A stretch of 58,479 bases of DNA. It comes from a virus. Positions 1-9,254 of this stretch are shown piece after piece; within the stretch, counting starts at the first letter, position 1, and each line of letters opens with the position of its first letter. The position numbers and the translations under genes are program-made. The notes below the pieces were generated by a model. It worked only from the letters and a program-made list of their open reading frames with translations. It made no database searches and was not told the DNA's origin. The stretch is taken from the IMG/VR virus record IMGVR_UViG_3300005829_000002, positions 1-58,479 of that record; one strand, written 5' to 3'.

Positions 1-120
1 CGCCCGATCAGATCACTTTCCTCAATGACGTAAAGAAAACCGGTGGTGAGGCTTATATCGCCTGTCAGGTGGGGAATCAGGTGGAGTTGAAGGAGTGGAA
101 GGTACAATAATTTAAAACTA
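1..120. repeat. Terminal direct repeat, left copy (identical to 58360..58479)
   Basis: I compared both ends base by base. cgcccgatcagatcactttcc...ggtacaataatttaaaacta occurs at both ends. It carries the last 36 codons plus stop (to nt 110) of the VRR-NUC gene. Confidence 0.95.
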
Positions 121-125
121 AACAT

Positions 126-506
126 ATGAAACTACAAGACTATTTGCCATATTATCTAGGCTGCGATTACTGGACAAATAATAGCCAGGGTAACCTGAAT
201 GCAAAAACGCTTCCCGATGTGATTGATATGTGCGACAAGAATAGAGGGGTGCAGCTACATCTTCGCCGCCTGGAAGATATGACGGAGGAAGAGGCGCGTG
301 GTTTTCTGATCCATGCAAAACCTCATGCCGAATATATTACGCATAACGAATATGCGGTGCATTGGCAGTATCAAGGTTCAAGATCCGAAATTTGGTTTCT
401 GTTCGGGCCGCCTGCCGGTTTCCATTACCTCCTTCAGCAACACTTTGATCTCTTTGGCCTTATTGACGCCGGATTGGCTATTGACGCTAAAACATTAAAA
501 TCATAA
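126..506 (+). CDS. hypothetical protein
   Basis: 126-aa ORF, tightly packed in a same-strand array. No motif recognised. Confidence 0.55.
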   Translation: MKLQDYLPYYLGCDYWTNNSQGNLNAKTLPDVIDMCDKNRGVQLHLRRLEDMTEEEARGFLIHAKPHAEYITHNEYAVHWQYQGSRSEIWFLFGPPAGFHYLLQQHFDLFGLIDAGLAIDAKTLKS

Positions 507-508
507 CG

Positions 509-820
509 ATGTGCCTACAACAGAAAACAACATGTAGCGAATGCGGTAAAGATACCGATGGCCTGATGACCTGCACTTTTCCGGATGGCAATGAAATTCT
601 TTTATGCCCGGATTGCTTAAAGGCCGATGGTAGTTTCTGTTTGTGTTGCGGCTACTTTTGTTCGGGCATAGAATCTTTCGATTTTGTTCACCCTGGCTAT
701 TGTGATAATTGTATCGAAGAAATGGAAGATGATGATTGGGATGATGAATACGAGGATAGTGATTACAATTATGAACAAGACTGTGATGAAGATTTTCCGA
801 ATGGATCTTTGGATTATTAA
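509..820 (+). CDS. Cys-rich zinc-ribbon-like protein with a poly-acidic C-terminal tail
   Basis: Four Cys pairs (CSEC, CPDC, CLCC, CDNC), followed by EEMEDDDWDDEYEDSDYNYEQDCDED. Starts 3 nt after the previous stop. Confidence 0.55.
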   Translation: MCLQQKTTCSECGKDTDGLMTCTFPDGNEILLCPDCLKADGSFCLCCGYFCSGIESFDFVHPGYCDNCIEEMEDDDWDDEYEDSDYNYEQDCDEDFPNGSLDY

Positions 821-942
821 ATAAAACCCATGAACCAATTCACCCTCTGCCTATTTATTATCGTCGCTGCGTATGTAACAACATTGACGGTAACCGGGCT
901 GGTACTGGGGTTGTGTTGGGTACTGGATAAAATTATTAAACG

Positions 943-1377
943 ATGATAGAATTAAGGGGAAACTATTGGGCGTTTGAGGTGCCAGCGGATGCATGGGTAC
1001 TTAAGCCGGAAAACTATAGAACTGACTTTGTGATTAACATGGGCTATATAATATACCCTGTAGCTGGCAAAAAGAAATGGTTGTCATTACCGGGAGCGCC
1101 AGGATTAAAGTTGCCAGGTCTTGATTATAACGAAACAAAGAAATCGGCAATAAAACTCCCGCCAGGCATATGGGAGATAGTCTGCACCAGCAAAAGCGCG
1201 ACGGAGGAACAGGCGAGAGAGATTGCCGAGCGCAATGGTGAGGGCTGGATTGATTACGACAAAGACCACTTCCATCATGATATTCCTTATCCCGAAGCGG
1301 TTGACGCATTCAGCTCCCTTCTTACCTCAAAAGGATGCGACTTAAACAAAAATTGGTTGATTTTAAAAAAGCAGTAA
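943..1377 (+). CDS. hypothetical protein
   Basis: 144-aa ORF with protein-like composition. No motif recognised. Confidence 0.5.
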   Translation: MIELRGNYWAFEVPADAWVLKPENYRTDFVINMGYIIYPVAGKKKWLSLPGAPGLKLPGLDYNETKKSAIKLPPGIWEIVCTSKSATEEQAREIAERNGEGWIDYDKDHFHHDIPYPEAVDAFSSLLTSKGCDLNKNWLILKKQ

Positions 1378-1382
1378 ATACT

Positions 1383-1880
1383 ATGCACCCAGTACATTTT
1401 GAAGGATCAACAGAAGTAAGGAAGCCCGAAGATATGACATACGAACAATGTATGTCATTATGGGCGAAAATTGGTTACGCGAATGCAATCATTGCAAAGT
1501 TTATGGGCTTTGATGTTGTTGACGTAGGATATTCTGATAGTGAAGAAGAAACGGAATGGCAAAGGAATCATGATGAATGGATGAACACAGTTGGGTTAAC
1601 GCAGGTTGGCAGGTATATTGTGAATGTCAAAGAAAACATTTGGCATCCGTGGGATGATGTGAAATATCACTCATCATGGGACAGCCTTATGCTGGTATGG
1701 TTTAAAATCCAAACGATAGGCGCAGATATGGGCTATATTTTTAAAAAGTACCACGAAGCATTTCATGCTGGTATAGATCACCAATCCATAGCTAAATGTC
1801 ACTCTGCCGTTTACCAATTCATTCAATGGTACAATAAACAATCAAACACCACCAATGAACATACCACAGGAAACGATTGA
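1383..1880 (+). CDS. hypothetical protein
   Basis: First ATG after the upstream stop (MHPVHFEG...). The longer 1335 start would overlap the upstream gene. Confidence 0.5.
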   Translation: MHPVHFEGSTEVRKPEDMTYEQCMSLWAKIGYANAIIAKFMGFDVVDVGYSDSEEETEWQRNHDEWMNTVGLTQVGRYIVNVKENIWHPWDDVKYHSSWDSLMLVWFKIQTIGADMGYIFKKYHEAFHAGIDHQSIAKCHSAVYQFIQWYNKQSNTTNEHTTGND

Positions 1881-2154
1881 TAAGATTCAGAAAGAAGCAA
1901 GGGATTATGCTCTAAATCTATCCTTTCCCATTATATGGTCATCGGAAAAAGTAGAAGGCGCAAGGAATGATGCTGCTACTGATTATGAAAAGGGTGCTAC
2001 CGAATGGGTGGGTAAGGCGCAGCCGGTTATTGATATCAGCGGGGAGATAATCGGGTTATTAGACCCTACCAGAAAATACGTATTGATTCCGACTGAAACG
2101 ATTACCCGATTGTATAACGCCCTCGCCAAATATAAGGAGGTAACCAATGGATAA
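1855..2154 (+). CDS. hypothetical protein
   Basis: 99-aa ORF in a same-strand array. Confidence 0.45.
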   Translation: MNIPQETIDKIQKEARDYALNLSFPIIWSSEKVEGARNDAATDYEKGATEWVGKAQPVIDISGEIIGLLDPTRKYVLIPTETITRLYNALAKYKEVTNG

Positions 2155-2482
2155 CCAATTACCGGCTGATGTCACCGAGAAAATATTAAGAGCGCGGGAT
2201 GCGTTGGCGCTAAACGATATAGATGAAGCATACCATCAACTATACGGTATAGCGTCACCAAACTACGATAGCTACTTTCCCTGGAAAGAAATGGAAGATC
2301 GGGTTAATTACCCGAAGGTAAATGAACAGCAATATAACGAACGAAGGCAAGTAACCAAATACGCCACCAATCTTCACCAGGCTCGCGCCCTCCTCGAAAA
2401 ATTCATATCCCGCCACGAAGGGGGACTGCTGCCTGACCGGTTTATTTATAACGAAATAAAAACATTTTTGGATGGAAAGTAA
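2147..2482 (+). CDS. hypothetical protein
   Basis: 111-aa ORF with an 8-nt overlap onto the upstream gene. Confidence 0.5.
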   Translation: MDNQLPADVTEKILRARDALALNDIDEAYHQLYGIASPNYDSYFPWKEMEDRVNYPKVNEQQYNERRQVTKYATNLHQARALLEKFISRHEGGLLPDRFIYNEIKTFLDGK

Positions 2483-2783
2483 CACCCAATTTGATGATGA
2501 ATTTCTTGACGGCATAAAGAAAGCTGCGGATGCATTGCATAATAAAATCGCAGACCTACAAGCCAAATGCGATAGGTATGAGGCGGCATTGAAGAAGATT
2601 CAGGAAATCTGCGAACATGATGATTATGGCGAGAAGTCAAATAATTGTCCCTTATGTATAGCCAACGAAGCCCTATCCGGGGAAGGGGAGAAGGAGGAAC
2701 AATGCACATGTAACGCACATCATATAGCCGCTCACGGGAAATGCTATAGATGCCCAGAAAACCAAAAGGAGGATCGACAATGA
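2472..2783 (+). CDS. hypothetical protein (Cys/His-rich C-terminus)
   Basis: 103-aa ORF. Its stop overlaps the next start (ATGA). Confidence 0.45.
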   Translation: MESNTQFDDEFLDGIKKAADALHNKIADLQAKCDRYEAALKKIQEICEHDDYGEKSNNCPLCIANEALSGEGEKEEQCTCNAHHIAAHGKCYRCPENQKEDRQ

Positions 2784-3295
2784 CACATAAACACCTTGTT
2801 GATATTGGTTACCGTTGGCTATTAAAGAACGGTGGCTGTGGCGTAGCGCTGAAGGAACTGAAATCCATCAATAGTGAAATACCAGACGTTATTGGGTTCT
2901 CATCACATTATAGTTACGTACTGGAATGCAAAATAAGTCGTGGCGATTTTCTGAAAGATAAAAAGAAACCGCATCGCGAACAAGGAATGGGAGATTACCG
3001 GTACTTTATATGCCCAACGGGGTTAATTAAATTGGAAGAATTACCGCAAAAGTGGGGATTGATTTATGTATCAATTGAGCATAAGGCGAAGGTAATTAAA
3101 AAGCCAAAATGGGATGAAGACAAATTTGATAAAGATCGGTTTGCGGAACAGCGGTTAATGTATAGTGTCATGCGTAGACTGTTCATTAAAGGATATTACC
3201 CCGCGATTTATGACAAAGATTACCATGCTAACACTGATGTAAATTACCTAATTGCATTGAATAACCCCACTAACCAGTTAAAAGATGGACAATAA
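2780..3295 (+). CDS. PD-(D/E)XK nuclease, MmcB-like
   Basis: Motif PDVIGF...VLECKISRGDFLKDKKK...YRYFICP matches the MmcB-family pattern (D ... E-x-K-x-S-R-x-D-F) as I recall it. An AAAGGAGGA Shine-Dalgarno-like sequence lies upstream of the ATG at 2780. Confidence 0.55.
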   Translation: MTHKHLVDIGYRWLLKNGGCGVALKELKSINSEIPDVIGFSSHYSYVLECKISRGDFLKDKKKPHREQGMGDYRYFICPTGLIKLEELPQKWGLIYVSIEHKAKVIKKPKWDEDKFDKDRFAEQRLMYSVMRRLFIKGYYPAIYDKDYHANTDVNYLIALNNPTNQLKDGQ

Positions 3296-3500
3296 ACAAT
3301 TAGTTGCTGATAAGATAAAAGACAGACTGAAACAACTTGGCATTAGCAGGCAGCAATTTGCCAGCATGATGAAAGTGCAACCGTCTACCGTTACAAAGTG
3401 GTTAAGTGGCAATAACAATTTTCAGATATATACATTATTTGAAATCGAAAAACAGTTGCAATTCAATTTGTTCAATTATACAATAAAAGATGGACAATGA
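3285..3500 (+). CDS. XRE-family helix-turn-helix protein
   Basis: LKQLGISRQQFASMMKVQPSTVTKWLSG is a typical HTH_3 core. Confidence 0.7.
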   Translation: MDNKQLVADKIKDRLKQLGISRQQFASMMKVQPSTVTKWLSGNNNFQIYTLFEIEKQLQFNLFNYTIKDGQ

Positions 3501-3814
3501 GTAAAACAAAAACTGATGCTATCCAAAAAATGGATAATAAGCTCGAAAGGGTGTCTTTAGCTGAGGCCAGGGATATGCTTTATGAGAAATTTCGCACAAA
3601 CATCCGGCTCCTGAGAGCCAAGAAAGGCTGGTCAGGCTGCGAGGCTGGCGAACAAATCGGATTGAAGAACGGCAAGCGAATGATTGATTTGGAATACGGC
3701 CGAGCAACGCCAACTATAGAGGAAATTCTTTTAATATCAAAAGCGTTTGATGTTAAGATGGATGATCTAATACACAACGAAGCGGTAATTATTTTTCAAG
3801 ATCGCAAACAATAA
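3497..3814 (+). CDS. XRE-family helix-turn-helix protein
   Basis: IRLLRAKKGWSGCEAGEQIGLKNGKRMIDLEYGRATPTIEEILLISKAF is HTH_3-like. ATGA overlap with the upstream HTH gene. Confidence 0.6.
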   Translation: MSKTKTDAIQKMDNKLERVSLAEARDMLYEKFRTNIRLLRAKKGWSGCEAGEQIGLKNGKRMIDLEYGRATPTIEEILLISKAFDVKMDDLIHNEAVIIFQDRKQ

Positions 3815-3816
3815 AC

Positions 3817-4368
3817 ATGGAAAATATATACCCGATAGGAGATGATTACCCCCTAACCCCTGAAATGGATCTCATTTTACGCATAGTCTCGCAATGGGGG
3901 AATGCAGTTGAAATGCCCAATATGGAGGACTGGCTGAAGGAATATGCGGTAGCCACAAGAGAAAAGAAATATCTAACAGAAGATATATACCCCGGTTCCT
4001 CATATCAACCTCTATTCGACTTGATGCACCAGGAGCATGGATTGACATTACTGGAATCGGAAATGAATGATATAATCCATGTGGTGAGGGAGATGGAGGG
4101 CCCGATAGGCGCGGTATGGGTTAAGGCGAGTGAGTTCAGAACAACCGTTCCAATTTACAGGCCGTATAGAAAACGAATTATGGAAGATGAAGGAGAATAT
4201 TATTATGGGCAAATATATGTCGCCGAAGACGATGGGCATATTTACCTGAATATTGATAACGAATCCAATTTTGAAATTCAGTCAGATGCAAAGTGGGATA
4301 GTTATGAGATTCTCGATGAAAGCGCGACCCACTGGCGCCCGTTACCGGAACCTCCCAAACAATCATAA
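3817..4368 (+). CDS. hypothetical protein
   Basis: 183-aa ORF. No motif recognised. Confidence 0.5.
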   Translation: MENIYPIGDDYPLTPEMDLILRIVSQWGNAVEMPNMEDWLKEYAVATREKKYLTEDIYPGSSYQPLFDLMHQEHGLTLLESEMNDIIHVVREMEGPIGAVWVKASEFRTTVPIYRPYRKRIMEDEGEYYYGQIYVAEDDGHIYLNIDNESNFEIQSDAKWDSYEILDESATHWRPLPEPPKQS

Positions 4369-4421
4369 CATGCACCCCATCAACTTCCCCGGCGCCGTAG
4401 GTCGGGGTAAAACTAAAGCAT

Positions 4422-4604
4422 ATGAGAAATCTAAATGAAACTGTTGACCTTGGAATAATTAAAGTAGAATTGCCCGCATTCTCAAAAATGACGAATCAGG
4501 AACTGCAATCACAATTCGATAAGGCAATTAAAGACCTGGATACCGAATATGCATTTGCTTTGGTCCAGGAGGTGATTGAAAGGCAAGGTAAGGGTTCCAC
4601 GTGA
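4422..4604 (+). CDS. hypothetical protein
   Basis: 60-aa ORF, helical-looking. Confidence 0.35.
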   Translation: MRNLNETVDLGIIKVELPAFSKMTNQELQSQFDKAIKDLDTEYAFALVQEVIERQGKGST

Positions 4605-4647
4605 CACAATTAATTGAAATTTCAGGAAAGATTGAAAATGAGTAACT

Positions 4648-5208
4648 TTGGATATGGGCGCGCCAAAGGGAAATGAGTTTTGGAAACTGAGATCAAAGCA
4701 TGGTCGGGATAAATTATTTGAGACACCTGAACTACTTTGGGAAGCTGCCTGCGAATATTTTCAATGGTGCGAAGATAATCCATTGATGTCGGCTGAACAA
4801 GCCAGGAGCGCTGGCAAACCAATAAAGGACAAAGACGGAAAAGATGTATTCCCTGATCCAATTATTGAGATTCCGAAGATGAGAGCCTTTACAATTCAGG
4901 GACTTTGCCTATACCTAGATGTTAACACGGTGTATTTCAATCAGTTCGAGAAAGCGGTATGTGATAAAAGCGATGAAATATCAAAAGATTTTTCACAAAT
5001 CTGCTCCCGCATCCGCGATGTAATATACCAGCAGAAGTTCACAGGAGCCGCGGCAGGCTTCTTAAATCACAACATAATAGCCAGGGAGCTCGGCCTTGCA
5101 GACAAGTCAGAATTAGTCGGTAAGGGCGACAGCGACCTATTCAAGGACAAAACCGACGACGACCTAAAAGCAATGCTAAAAGAAATATCATCTAAGCTGG
5201 ATGAGTAA
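4648..5208 (+). CDS. terS: terminase small subunit (gp3-type DNA-packaging protein)
   Basis: N-terminus GAPKGNEFWKLRSKHGRDKLFETPELLWEAACEYFQWC resembles the GP3_package family. Sits directly upstream of, and overlaps, the large terminase gene. Confidence 0.7.
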   Translation: MDMGAPKGNEFWKLRSKHGRDKLFETPELLWEAACEYFQWCEDNPLMSAEQARSAGKPIKDKDGKDVFPDPIIEIPKMRAFTIQGLCLYLDVNTVYFNQFEKAVCDKSDEISKDFSQICSRIRDVIYQQKFTGAAAGFLNHNIIARELGLADKSELVGKGDSDLFKDKTDDDLKAMLKEISSKLDE

Positions 5209-6598
5209 CGAGCGTGATCAAATCATCGCTGCGATAAAGGCGGCCAATGAGCTTTTGTTAAGACAATCCAGAACTGATTTTAAAAGGTATGTCAAGTACC
5301 TTAAAGCTGATTACGACATGCAATGGTTCCATGCATATATCTGTGATCGGCTTAACGCATTTGCCAAGGGCGAGGTAACAAAGCTGATGATACTTATGCC
5401 GCCTCAGCATGGTAAATCCGAACTTGCCACAAGGCTATTCCCTTCCTTCCTACTCGGTATTAACCCGGACTTAAAGATTGCGATTACTAGTTACTCAGAT
5501 AGCATAGTATCGGGATTCAATCGGGCGGTACAACGTAATATCGACAATGAAGCATATGGTAACTTATTCCCGGATACTCAGCTTAATCATAGCAAAATAT
5601 TCAGTACTTCATTCTCAAACTTTACAAGAACAGATCATAAATTTGAAATAATCGGCCATAAGGGTTCTCTAAAATCAGTTGGTCGCGGTGGCTCGCTAAC
5701 CTCAGAGCCTGTTGATATCGGAATTATTGATGATCTATATAAGGACCGTGAAGAAGCCAAATCAATGGTAGTAAGTGAAAGCGCCTGGAACTGGTATGTC
5801 GACGTATTCAGGACCAGGTTGCACAACGATAGCCAGCAGCTTATTATGAATACCAGGTGGGATGAGAATGATCTATGCGGGAGACTGTTGGTTGAGGAGC
5901 CAGGCGAGTGGGAGGTAATAAAGTTCCCTGCAATCAGGACCGAAGATATTAACGATTTTGATATAAGACAACCTGGAGACGCGCTCTGGCCGGGCAAGCA
6001 TAGTCTCGAAAAGATACTGAGTCAAAAGAAACTAAGCCAGGTAAGCTACAATAGCCTTTATCAGCAAGATCCTAAGCCTAACACTGATATATTAATCTTC
6101 AGTAATTGGGTGTCTATTCCGGCATTGCCCAGCACTATAGATGCAGTTACATGGGGTCTTGACTTTGGAAAGACAACCGGGACCAATGCCCTTGTCAAGT
6201 CGGGCCTGGTCAATGATAATGTATACTTCAAAGAGTGCCTTTATGCTCCTGGCGTGCCCATGTCTGAGATCAAAAATATACTAGTTTCCAATGGATATAA
6301 AGAAGGACAAATTGTTTATTGCGACCATATGCCTGGTAAGATTGCGGAGCTGCGAACACTCGGGGTATCAGCATTCCCCGCATTAAAAGGCGATGGCAGT
6401 ATTGATGCCGGGATAACCAAGCTGAAAGAATATACTTGTCACTATACTTCCGATTCCGTCAACCTCAAGATGGAGCTTAATAACTACCAATGGGTATGTT
6501 ATGGTAAGATCATCACCAACGTTCCGGTGGACGAGTTCAATCACTTACTTGACGCATGCCGGTACGCTGTATACAGTCGTTATTTCCGCGGAAGATAA
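5201..6598 (+). CDS. terL: terminase large subunit
   Basis: Walker A-like MPPQHGKSE and Walker B-like IGIIDDLYKD. Has a C-terminal nuclease-like half. 465 aa, in the expected position. Confidence 0.85.
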   Translation: MSNERDQIIAAIKAANELLLRQSRTDFKRYVKYLKADYDMQWFHAYICDRLNAFAKGEVTKLMILMPPQHGKSELATRLFPSFLLGINPDLKIAITSYSDSIVSGFNRAVQRNIDNEAYGNLFPDTQLNHSKIFSTSFSNFTRTDHKFEIIGHKGSLKSVGRGGSLTSEPVDIGIIDDLYKDREEAKSMVVSESAWNWYVDVFRTRLHNDSQQLIMNTRWDENDLCGRLLVEEPGEWEVIKFPAIRTEDINDFDIRQPGDALWPGKHSLEKILSQKKLSQVSYNSLYQQDPKPNTDILIFSNWVSIPALPSTIDAVTWGLDFGKTTGTNALVKSGLVNDNVYFKECLYAPGVPMSEIKNILVSNGYKEGQIVYCDHMPGKIAELRTLGVSAFPALKGDGSIDAGITKLKEYTCHYTSDSVNLKMELNNYQWVCYGKIITNVPVDEFNHLLDACRYAVYSRYFRGR

Positions 6599-6655
6599 CT
6601 TGCCTTTAACACTTCTGTATCGTAACTTTCGAGTTGACCAAACGACTTATGTTAA

Positions 6656-6835
6656 ATGAAAAAGATCGTAGCACTAGCAATATTTATTATCTTCATAACC
6701 TCTTGTAAAAAAGAAAGTTATTCATGTTACGTATGTACTCATCCATCGTATAGCACAAAGGAAATTTGCAATACTACTCAAGGTGAGGTTGATCGGTGGA
6801 TGCAAACTTCTGGTTATACATGCACAAGGAAATAA
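6656..6835 (+). CDS. small Cys-rich lipoprotein (59 aa, below the ORF-track cutoff)
   Basis: My translation: MKKIVALAIFIIFITSCKKESYSCYVCTHPSYSTKEICNTTQGEVDRWMQTSGYTCTRK. It has a signal peptide, an ITSC lipobox and five further Cys residues. Confidence 0.5.
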   Translation: MKKIVALAIFIIFITSCKKESYSCYVCTHPSYSTKEICNTTQGEVDRWMQTSGYTCTRK

Positions 6836-6875
6836 TTTTCATTTTAAATTGAAAGTTCAGAAATAATAGTAACTT

Positions 6876-6926
6876 AGCTACCCCGACGTACACAAGGGTT
6901 AGCTGAGTACGTTGGCTTTGGCTAAC
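6876..6926 (+). promoter_or_regulatory. Three copies of an AGCTAAC-type element able to form mutually exclusive hairpins
   Basis: AGCTACCC (6876-6883) can pair with GGGTTAGCT (6896-6904). Alternatively, GTTAGC (6898-6903) can pair with GCTAAC (6921-6926). Confidence 0.35.
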
Positions 6927-6932
6927 GAAATA

Positions 6933-6973
6933 GGGCGTGAAAGTCTAACCACTTTGGCGCCCTTATTTATTTT
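6933..6973 (+). terminator. intrinsic terminator upstream of the glycosyltransferase operon
   Basis: GGGCG-tg-AAAGT ctaacc ACTTT-gg-CGCCC, followed by TTATTTATTTT. Confidence 0.6.
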
Positions 6974-7093
6974 ATGCGAAACAAAGTAGCGAAAAGATTG
7001 CGCAAGGAAGCGAATGCCGAAACGGTAGGCCAATCTAAAAAGGTAACCAGGAAGCTATATCAGCAAAAGAAACGGGAATATAAGGCGAAATGA
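6974..7093 (+). CDS. possible 39-aa highly basic leader peptide
   Basis: MRNKVAKRLRKEANAETVGQSKKVTRKLYQQKKREYKAK. Its stop overlaps the ATG of the first glycosyltransferase gene (ATGA). It may be non-coding. Confidence 0.25.
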   Translation: MRNKVAKRLRKEANAETVGQSKKVTRKLYQQKKREYKAK

Positions 7094-7794
7094 CCGACAT
7101 CATTATCCCCCTCAACAATCGCTCCACTCAAAAGAATATTGAGTTAAAGTACTGCCTGCGTAGTGTCGAGAAACACCTATCCGGTGTAGGAAACATTTTC
7201 ATCATCGGCCATTGTCCTGACTGGGTTCAAAACGTTATACACATTCCGGCAGAAGAAGATCCGCGCAACCGCTTCAGGGATCGCAATATCATGAACAAGA
7301 TGGTGATTGCCTGCAAGGATGAACGCGTGAGTGACGACTTCCTGATGGTGCACGATGACCATTTTCTGTTGGCTGACTATGAGGCTGAATCGTTCCCTTA
7401 TTATCAATGCGGTGACTTGGTACCCAATGAAGGGCAATACGCCGTAACGAAAAGGAATACAATATCCCTGTTGGCCCTGGAAGAACCGCTAAAGAACTAT
7501 GACTGCCATTGCCCGATCTTGTTTAACAAAGAACGATTCCTGCGGTCGGCCGCCTTGGCCGATTGGTCGAAGTGGTACGGCTACTGTCTGAAGACTTTGT
7601 ACTGCATCATGAATGGGATCGAGGGTGAGCGCATGGAAGATATCAAAATCCGCATGCCATTAAAGACCGATGAAATTAATTCGATGATTACCGACCGATC
7701 ATGGTTCAGTATTGGTGATCGGTGCTGGACTGAAGGCGGGATGAAAGAAGTATTGCAAAGGTTATATCCAAATAAATCACGCTATGAGCGATAA
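7090..7794 (+). CDS. putative glycosyl/hexose-phosphate transferase (Stealth CR2-like)
   Basis: IELKYCLRSVEKH...IFIIGHCPDWV...FLMVHDDHFLL resembles the Stealth-family CR2 block (ELRYSLRS ... NDD). Recalled pattern only. Confidence 0.45.
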   Translation: MTDIIIPLNNRSTQKNIELKYCLRSVEKHLSGVGNIFIIGHCPDWVQNVIHIPAEEDPRNRFRDRNIMNKMVIACKDERVSDDFLMVHDDHFLLADYEAESFPYYQCGDLVPNEGQYAVTKRNTISLLALEEPLKNYDCHCPILFNKERFLRSAALADWSKWYGYCLKTLYCIMNGIEGERMEDIKIRMPLKTDEINSMITDRSWFSIGDRCWTEGGMKEVLQRLYPNKSRYER

Positions 7795-8029
7795 AAGGAA
7801 GATGCCAAACATACACACATCGAAAGATGTAACGATGCCTGTAAGTAAAAACGATGAGCCAGGATTGCCGGTGAAGATACCGCTGTCAATAGTTAGGTGG
7901 GTAGCTTACTCAACCGCCTTTTGGGTTTTACTAACGCCATTCCTTTTTCCAAAAATATGGCAACATATATGCGGGGGATTGATATTAGGGTGGTTCGCCA
8001 GTCAATTAAATGCGTTAATTAAAAAGTAA
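7784..8029 (+). CDS. small membrane protein (2 predicted TM segments)
   Basis: Hydrophobic stretches VAYSTAFWVLLTPFLF and ICGGLILGWFASQL. It is the only membrane protein in the operon. Confidence 0.45.
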   Translation: MSDKRKMPNIHTSKDVTMPVSKNDEPGLPVKIPLSIVRWVAYSTAFWVLLTPFLFPKIWQHICGGLILGWFASQLNALIKK

Positions 8030-8033
8030 CCCA

Positions 8034-8690
8034 ATGACCATTTGTTACTCATTCGCAAGTAGATCAAGGCCGCAAAGGTTCTTCGACACGCTCGACAACA
8101 TCATTGCCATGAGCGCCAGCAATGATTATTTCATTGTGGCGAAACTTGATGATGATGACATGACGATGAACGACTCGCTTATCAAAGAGCGGTTGTTAAG
8201 CTATCCGATGGTGATCGTGAAATGGGGGATGAGCACGAGTAAGATCTATGCTATTAACCGGGACCTGGATAATCTGCCGCCTTGGGATATTATGGTTTGC
8301 GCGAGCGACGATATGAGGTTTCGTACCATTGGCTTCGACAACATCATCAGGCAGTATATGCCCGCTGATCTCGACGGCTACGTGCACCTTATGGATGATT
8401 ATGCTAAGGATCGCGTTTGCACGGTTGACATAAAGGGAAGAAAGTACTTCGAAAGGCGCGGGAGAAAGATATACGTCGGGGATTATTTTTCCATGTGGTG
8501 CGATGATGAAGAAACGGAAGTAGCAAAGATTCTTGGTGTATACATATTAGTTCCGGATATCCACCTCGAACACCTACACTACACAAACGAACGCAAGGCC
8601 GTGAAAGATGAGCTCTACTGGCGCAATGATACGTATAACAAGGACAAAGTAATTTTTGAACAGCGTAAAGCGAGAGGGTTTGACTTATGA
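8034..8690 (+). CDS. GT-A-like glycosyltransferase (DxD)
   Basis: N-terminal beta-strand ICYSFASRSRP, then AKLDDDD and CASDDMRF acidic motifs. Confidence 0.45.
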   Translation: MTICYSFASRSRPQRFFDTLDNIIAMSASNDYFIVAKLDDDDMTMNDSLIKERLLSYPMVIVKWGMSTSKIYAINRDLDNLPPWDIMVCASDDMRFRTIGFDNIIRQYMPADLDGYVHLMDDYAKDRVCTVDIKGRKYFERRGRKIYVGDYFSMWCDDEETEVAKILGVYILVPDIHLEHLHYTNERKAVKDELYWRNDTYNKDKVIFEQRKARGFDL

Positions 8691-9253
8691 TAAAAGACGC
8701 ATTAACCATACTCATTCCAACATTGCCAGCCAGAAAGCATTTTCTGGAAAGATTAGAGGCCACTCTTGTATATCAAATCCTTGATAATAACGCATGCGTG
8801 CGACTTCATACAGACGATGATACATCGATCGACATAGGCACGAAGCGCAATAAGATGATGGCTGAAGTCTCTAGTGAATATATGGCCTTCTTTGACGATG
8901 ACGACATGCCGGGGCCGAATTATATCAAACACCTGATGGATGGGATATCCAAAGGCGTTGACTGTTGTTCGCTTACCGGCATTATTACCACCGATGGACG
9001 GAACCCGAAGAAGTTTATTCATTCGATTGAGTATAAGGAAATGTTTGAACGGGATAGCATTTATTATCGTCCTGTGATGCATATCAATTGTTTGAAGACA
9101 GAGCACGCCCGCAAAGTCGCATTCCCCGAGTGGCGTTTCAGCGAGGATTCGAAGTGGGCAATGGATCTGATGAACCTGGGTGTGTTAAATACCGAACACC
9201 GAATCGATGAGGTGATCTATAACTATTTATTTGTGAGCGATAAAAATTATTAA
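8687..9253 (+). CDS. family-2 glycosyltransferase
   Basis: LTILIPTLPARKHFL ... GTKRNKMMAEVSSEYMAFFDDDDMPGPNYI is the classic GT2 layout. ATGA overlap upstream. Confidence 0.7.
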   Translation: MIKDALTILIPTLPARKHFLERLEATLVYQILDNNACVRLHTDDDTSIDIGTKRNKMMAEVSSEYMAFFDDDDMPGPNYIKHLMDGISKGVDCCSLTGIITTDGRNPKKFIHSIEYKEMFERDSIYYRPVMHINCLKTEHARKVAFPEWRFSEDSKWAMDLMNLGVLNTEHRIDEVIYNYLFVSDKNY

Positions 9254-9254
9254 C

